Part shown: positions 25,151 to 29,367 of the stretch, in pieces
How the letters are laid out: every line of letters starts with the position of its first letter
Position numbering within the stretch: the first letter of the stretch is position 1
Source of the DNA: an uncultured Elusimicrobiaceae bacterium
GTDB lineage: Bacteria; Elusimicrobiota; Elusimicrobia; Elusimicrobiales; UBA9959
DNA: 29,367 bases
Reading direction: 5' to 3'
Assembly (NCBI GenBank): GCA_964631475.1
Contig: CAZVWK010000016.1
Coordinates: forward strand, 1 to 29,367
Notes under the pieces: model-generated
Database searches by the model: none
What the model was told of the DNA's origin: nothing
The model's input: the letters and a program-made list of their open reading frames with translations, nothing else
Position numbers and translations under genes: made by a program

Positions 25151-25187
25151 AAAAAAGGCCCCGGGCGCTGCCCGGGGCCTTTTTTTT
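25151..25187. terminator. bidirectional rho-independent terminator between 24451..25131 (+) and rpoD (-)
   Basis: A6, then stem GGCCCCGGG / CCCGGGGCC with loop CGCTG, then T8. Confidence 0.85.
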
Positions 25188-25207
25188 AGTCCGACGGCTG
25201 CCGGCGC

Positions 25208-26917
<1,710 letters not shown>

Positions 26918-26927
26918 TTCTTTCTCC

Positions 26928-28673
26928 TTACTTTTTCTTTCCGGGGGAGGACTTTATCTCCGCCGTGAGTTCCTGGAATTCTCTGAGCTGGTCCGGGCCG
27001 AGGGAGGCCATGGAAGATTTGAGCTCCTTCCAGCGCCGTTCCCGGGCGAACCGGGTTATCATTTCCGCTGTCTTGCGCACGTCCGCGGCCGGGTCGGATT
27101 CCGACTCCAGCTCCTGCACCGAAAGCTTCATCACCAGCGCCGCGGCCTCCGGGTTGTCCCCGGCCAGCGACGCCGAAAGTTCGGCGGGAGAGGCCGACGG
27201 CGCGGCGCGCATGGCCGCCAGTACGGCCCGGGAGTCGCGGTGGGAAAGGTGCTCGTCCGGGAGTTCCCCGATATGGCCGAAGAGGCCGGGATTCCTGAGC
27301 AGGAGCTGCAGGAAGCCCAGCTCTATGGCCGGCGGCAGGTCGGCGGGCGCTTCGGCCGGCCGCTCGGGCCTGACGTGTCCGCCCGGGTCCGACTTGGAGA
27401 GCTGGCGGGCCAGGGCCTCCTCCGGCACGGCGAGTTTAGCCGCAATTATCCTGAGCCATTCGCTCTTGACTATCTCGTCGCGCTGGCGGCCCACCGTGTC
27501 CAGGAGCTTGGCGGCCAGCCGCGCTTTGTCCTGCGAGGAAAGCTTGTCGGCGCCGCCGGGGGCCAGGAGGCGCAGCTTGAACTCGACCGGGTCCATCCCG
27601 GAAACGAGGCGCTTCTCCAGTTCGGCCGCGCCGGACTTCACCGCCAGCTCGTCCGGGTCCTTGGCGGGGGAAAAATCCGCGGCTTTGACGTAGAGGCCGG
27701 CGTCCATGAAGATCTCGGCGGCGCGCACGGCCGCGTTCCTGCCGGCGGTGTCGGAATCGAAAGCCACCGTTATCTCCGCCGAGTAGCGGGAGAGCTGGTG
27801 GGCGTGGTCGGAGGTCAGCGCCGTGCCCAGCGGGGCCACGGCGAAGGCGGCCCCGGCCTGGTGGCAGGCGATGACGTCCATGTATCCTTCCACCACGGCC
27901 ACACGGGCCTTCTTGCGAATTTCGGGGAGGGCCTCGTAGAGGCCGTAAAGGGTGCGCCGCTTGGGAAAGAGGACGGTTTCCGGCGAGTTGAGATACTTGG
28001 GCTCAGAGGAGTCCAGTACGCGGCCGCCGAAGGCGATGACTTCGCCCGCCGGGTTGCGTATGGGGAACATGACCCGCTCGCGGAAATAGTCCCCGACCCT
28101 GCCGCCGTCGCGGGTGGAGGCCAGGCCGGCCATGAAGAGGAGGTCGGCGGAGAAGCCGCGCGCCTTGAGCTCCCTAGCCACCGGCGCGTCGCCGCCGGGC
28201 GCCCAGCCCAGCATGAACCGCTCTATCGTTTTGTCCGAGAGCTGGCGGTCGCGCAGGTAGGCCAGCGCGGTCTTTCCAGACGAGGAGAACAGGAACTTGG
28301 AGTAGAGCGCCGCGGCGGCGGCCATTAGCTTCTTGAGCTCCGTGCGCTCCTTCTCGCGGGCGGAGAGGGAACCATCCTTATCGCGCTTCCATTCCACGCC
28401 GGCCCGCTGGGCCAGCCGCTCGGCGGCCTCGGGAAAGCTGAGGCCTTCTATCTCGCGCAGGAAAGTGAACACGTCCCCGCCCTTGTTGCAGCCGAAGCAG
28501 TAGAAGATCTGCTTGTCCTGGCTGACGGTGAAAGAGGGCGTGCGCTCGCTGTGGAACGGGCAGCAGGCCTTGAAGTTCCGGCCCGCCTGTTTCAGGGAGG
28601 GGACATAGTCGCGCACGAGGTCGACTATGTCGACCCTGGTGCGGATCTCGTTTATGGGGTCCTCGGGGCGCAT
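26928..28673 (-). CDS. dnaG: DNA primase
   Basis: Zinc ribbon [15 protein letters not shown]....[11 protein letters not shown] and TOPRIM block [10 protein letters not shown]...[13 protein letters not shown] 28673 is preceded by AGGAAG. The TTG 28700 start from the track lies inside the upstream hairpin. Confidence 0.93.
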   Translation of the reverse strand: MRPEDPINEIRTRVDIVDLVRDYVPSLKQAGRNFKACCPFHSERTPSFTVSQDKQIFYCFGCNKGGDVFTFLREIEGLSFPEAAERLAQRAGVEWKRDKDGSLSAREKERTELKKLMAAAAALYSKFLFSSSGKTALAYLRDRQLSDKTIERFMLGWAPGGDAPVARELKARGFSADLLFMAGLASTRDGGRVGDYFRERVMFPIRNPAGEVIAFGGRVLDSSEPKYLNSPETVLFPKRRTLYGLYEALPEIRKKARVAVVEGYMDVIACHQAGAAFAVAPLGTALTSDHAHQLSRYSAEITVAFDSDTAGRNAAVRAAEIFMDAGLYVKAADFSPAKDPDELAVKSGAAELEKRLVSGMDPVEFKLRLLAPGGADKLSSQDKARLAAKLLDTVGRQRDEIVKSEWLRIIAAKLAVPEEALARQLSKSDPGGHVRPERPAEAPADLPPAIELGFLQLLLRNPGLFGHIGELPDEHLSHRDSRAVLAAMRAAPSASPAELSASLAGDNPEAAALVMKLSVQELESESDPAADVRKTAEMITRFARERRWKELKSSMASLGPDQLREFQELTAEIKSSPGKKK

Positions 28674-28694
28674 CCGTTCTTCCTGAAGGATAAG

Positions 28695-28733
28695 GCGCAA
28701 CGCCTTCCCCCCGGCGGGGGGAAGGCGCTGCGC
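28695..28733 (-). promoter_or_regulatory. very stable hairpin in the rpsU-dnaG spacer (attenuator/processing-site candidate)
   Basis: 18-bp stem with one mismatch (GCGCAACGCCTTCCCCCC / GGGGGGAAGGCGCTGCGC) and a 3-nt loop. On the minus strand it is followed only by CTTATCCTT, a poor U-run. Confidence 0.5.
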
Positions 28734-28785
28734 AACCGCTTTTTTTAGCTGGGCCCGCGCCGCAGTAGCCGCGGGCCGGGGGCGC

Positions 28786-28974
28786 TCAATAGCGCCGGCC
28801 CTTGCGCATCTTGCGCCGGGCTTCCTGGGACTTGAGCTTGCGCTTGGCGCCGGGGGACATATAATGCTCCCTGCGCTTTATCTCCTTGAGGATACCGTTG
28901 CGCTCGCACTCGTGCTTGAAGCGCCTCAGGGCTTCCTCTACGGATTCTTCGTCGCGTACTTTTACGAATACCAC
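28786..28974 (-). CDS. rpsU: 30S ribosomal protein S21
   Basis: V.V...ES.E.ALRRFK.....GIL.E...RE.Y..P...RK.K...A.RK pattern. GTG start at 28974 is preceded by AAGGTGGTGA. Confidence 0.93.
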   Translation of the reverse strand: MVFVKVRDEESVEEALRRFKHECERNGILKEIKRREHYMSPGAKRKLKSQEARRKMRKGRRY

Positions 28975-29025
28975 GTTATCACCACCTTGTCGCGTGAACC
29001 GTCGTTGTCAAATCTTTTTCGCCGC

Positions 29026-29367
29026 TTAACCCGGGGGCCACTGGAGCCGCCTGCCGCCGAGCAGGTGGTAGTGCAGATGGTCCACAACCTGGCCGGCCTT
29101 GCGGCCGTTGTTGACCACCAGCCTGAAACCGTCCCCTACTCCGAGTTGCGCCGCTATTTTGCCCGCTGTCAGTTGCAGCCGGCCCAGCATGGCCGCGTCC
29201 TCGGAATCCGCGTCGGAAAGCTTCGGGATGTGCTTTTTCGGCACTATCAGCACGTGGGTGGGGGCCTGGGGATTGAGGTCCAGGAACGCCACCATGTCCC
29301 CGTCTTCCAGGACCATCCTGGCCTTCGCCTCTCCTGAGGCTATCTTGCAAAAAATACAGTCGGACAT
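29026..29367 (-). CDS. HIT-family (HinT-like) nucleotide hydrolase
   Basis: Starts CIFCKI and carries the histidine triad HLHYHLLGG. The ATG is the last three bases of the window, so the CDS is complete but its upstream region is not visible. Confidence 0.9.
   Translation of the reverse strand: MSDCIFCKIASGEAKARMVLEDGDMVAFLDLNPQAPTHVLIVPKKHIPKLSDADSEDAAMLGRLQLTAGKIAAQLGVGDGFRLVVNNGRKAGQVVDHLHYHLLGGRRLQWPPG

Noticed and set aside
17640-25187. Near-identical terminators (AAGGCCCCGGGC...GCCCGGGGC + T8) at 17639-17668 and 25155-25187 as a repeated mobile element
   Set aside because: The similarity is limited to a short GC palindrome plus a T-run, which is what any strong intrinsic terminator in a GC-rich genome looks like. 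There is no extended flanking similarity.
29006-29011. TTGACA hexamer (minus strand) upstream of rpsU as a promoter
   Set aside because: No acceptable -10 hexamer lies at 16-19 nt spacing; the sequence there is AAGGTG, which is the SD region. rpsU is probably co-transcribed with the HIT gene or uses a promoter I cannot recognise.

Overview
This is a GC-rich bacterial chromosomal segment from a diderm-type organism (lipobox lipoproteins, an OmpA/Pal-like protein and a FadL/PorV-like outer-membrane barrel are present). Most of it is housekeeping: ABC-F ATPase, typA, cysE, a NUDIX hydrolase, anmK, rplU-rpmA-obg, rpsU-dnaG-rpoD and a HIT protein. An approximately 6.4 kb arsenic/organoarsenical island sits at 8.8-15.3 kb. 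Its order is arsR, an ArsP-type permease, a three-gene thiol-disulfide module resembling arsEFG, arsM, arsC, acr3 and a PhnD-like lipoprotein, running from one promoter/operator to one terminator. I found no tRNA, rRNA, CRISPR array, transposase or recognisable defence system. I do not see a clear self-contained novel multi-gene system, and the leads below are hypotheses. (1) Two conserved genes carry a single in-frame TAG, and by hand count 3 of 6 TAG-terminated genes have a backup stop within two codons versus 0 of 28 TGA/TAA-terminated genes; this fits leaky or suppressed amber termination, but could equally be plain nonsense mutations. (2) At least five genes have sigma70-like -10 boxes placed so the predicted transcript starts 0-3 nt from the start codon, with no Shine-Dalgarno, which suggests leaderless mRNAs. 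(3) An in-frame duplication of RBS, ATG and the first 10 codons of a cupin gene flanks a perfect anti-SD tract. (4) Frameshifts coincide with poly-G tracts in an outer-membrane barrel gene and a small membrane protein gene, meaning phase variation, decay or sequencing error. (5) ATA is the dominant Ile codon despite the high GC. All homology calls are from motif recognition by eye, and no database search was run.
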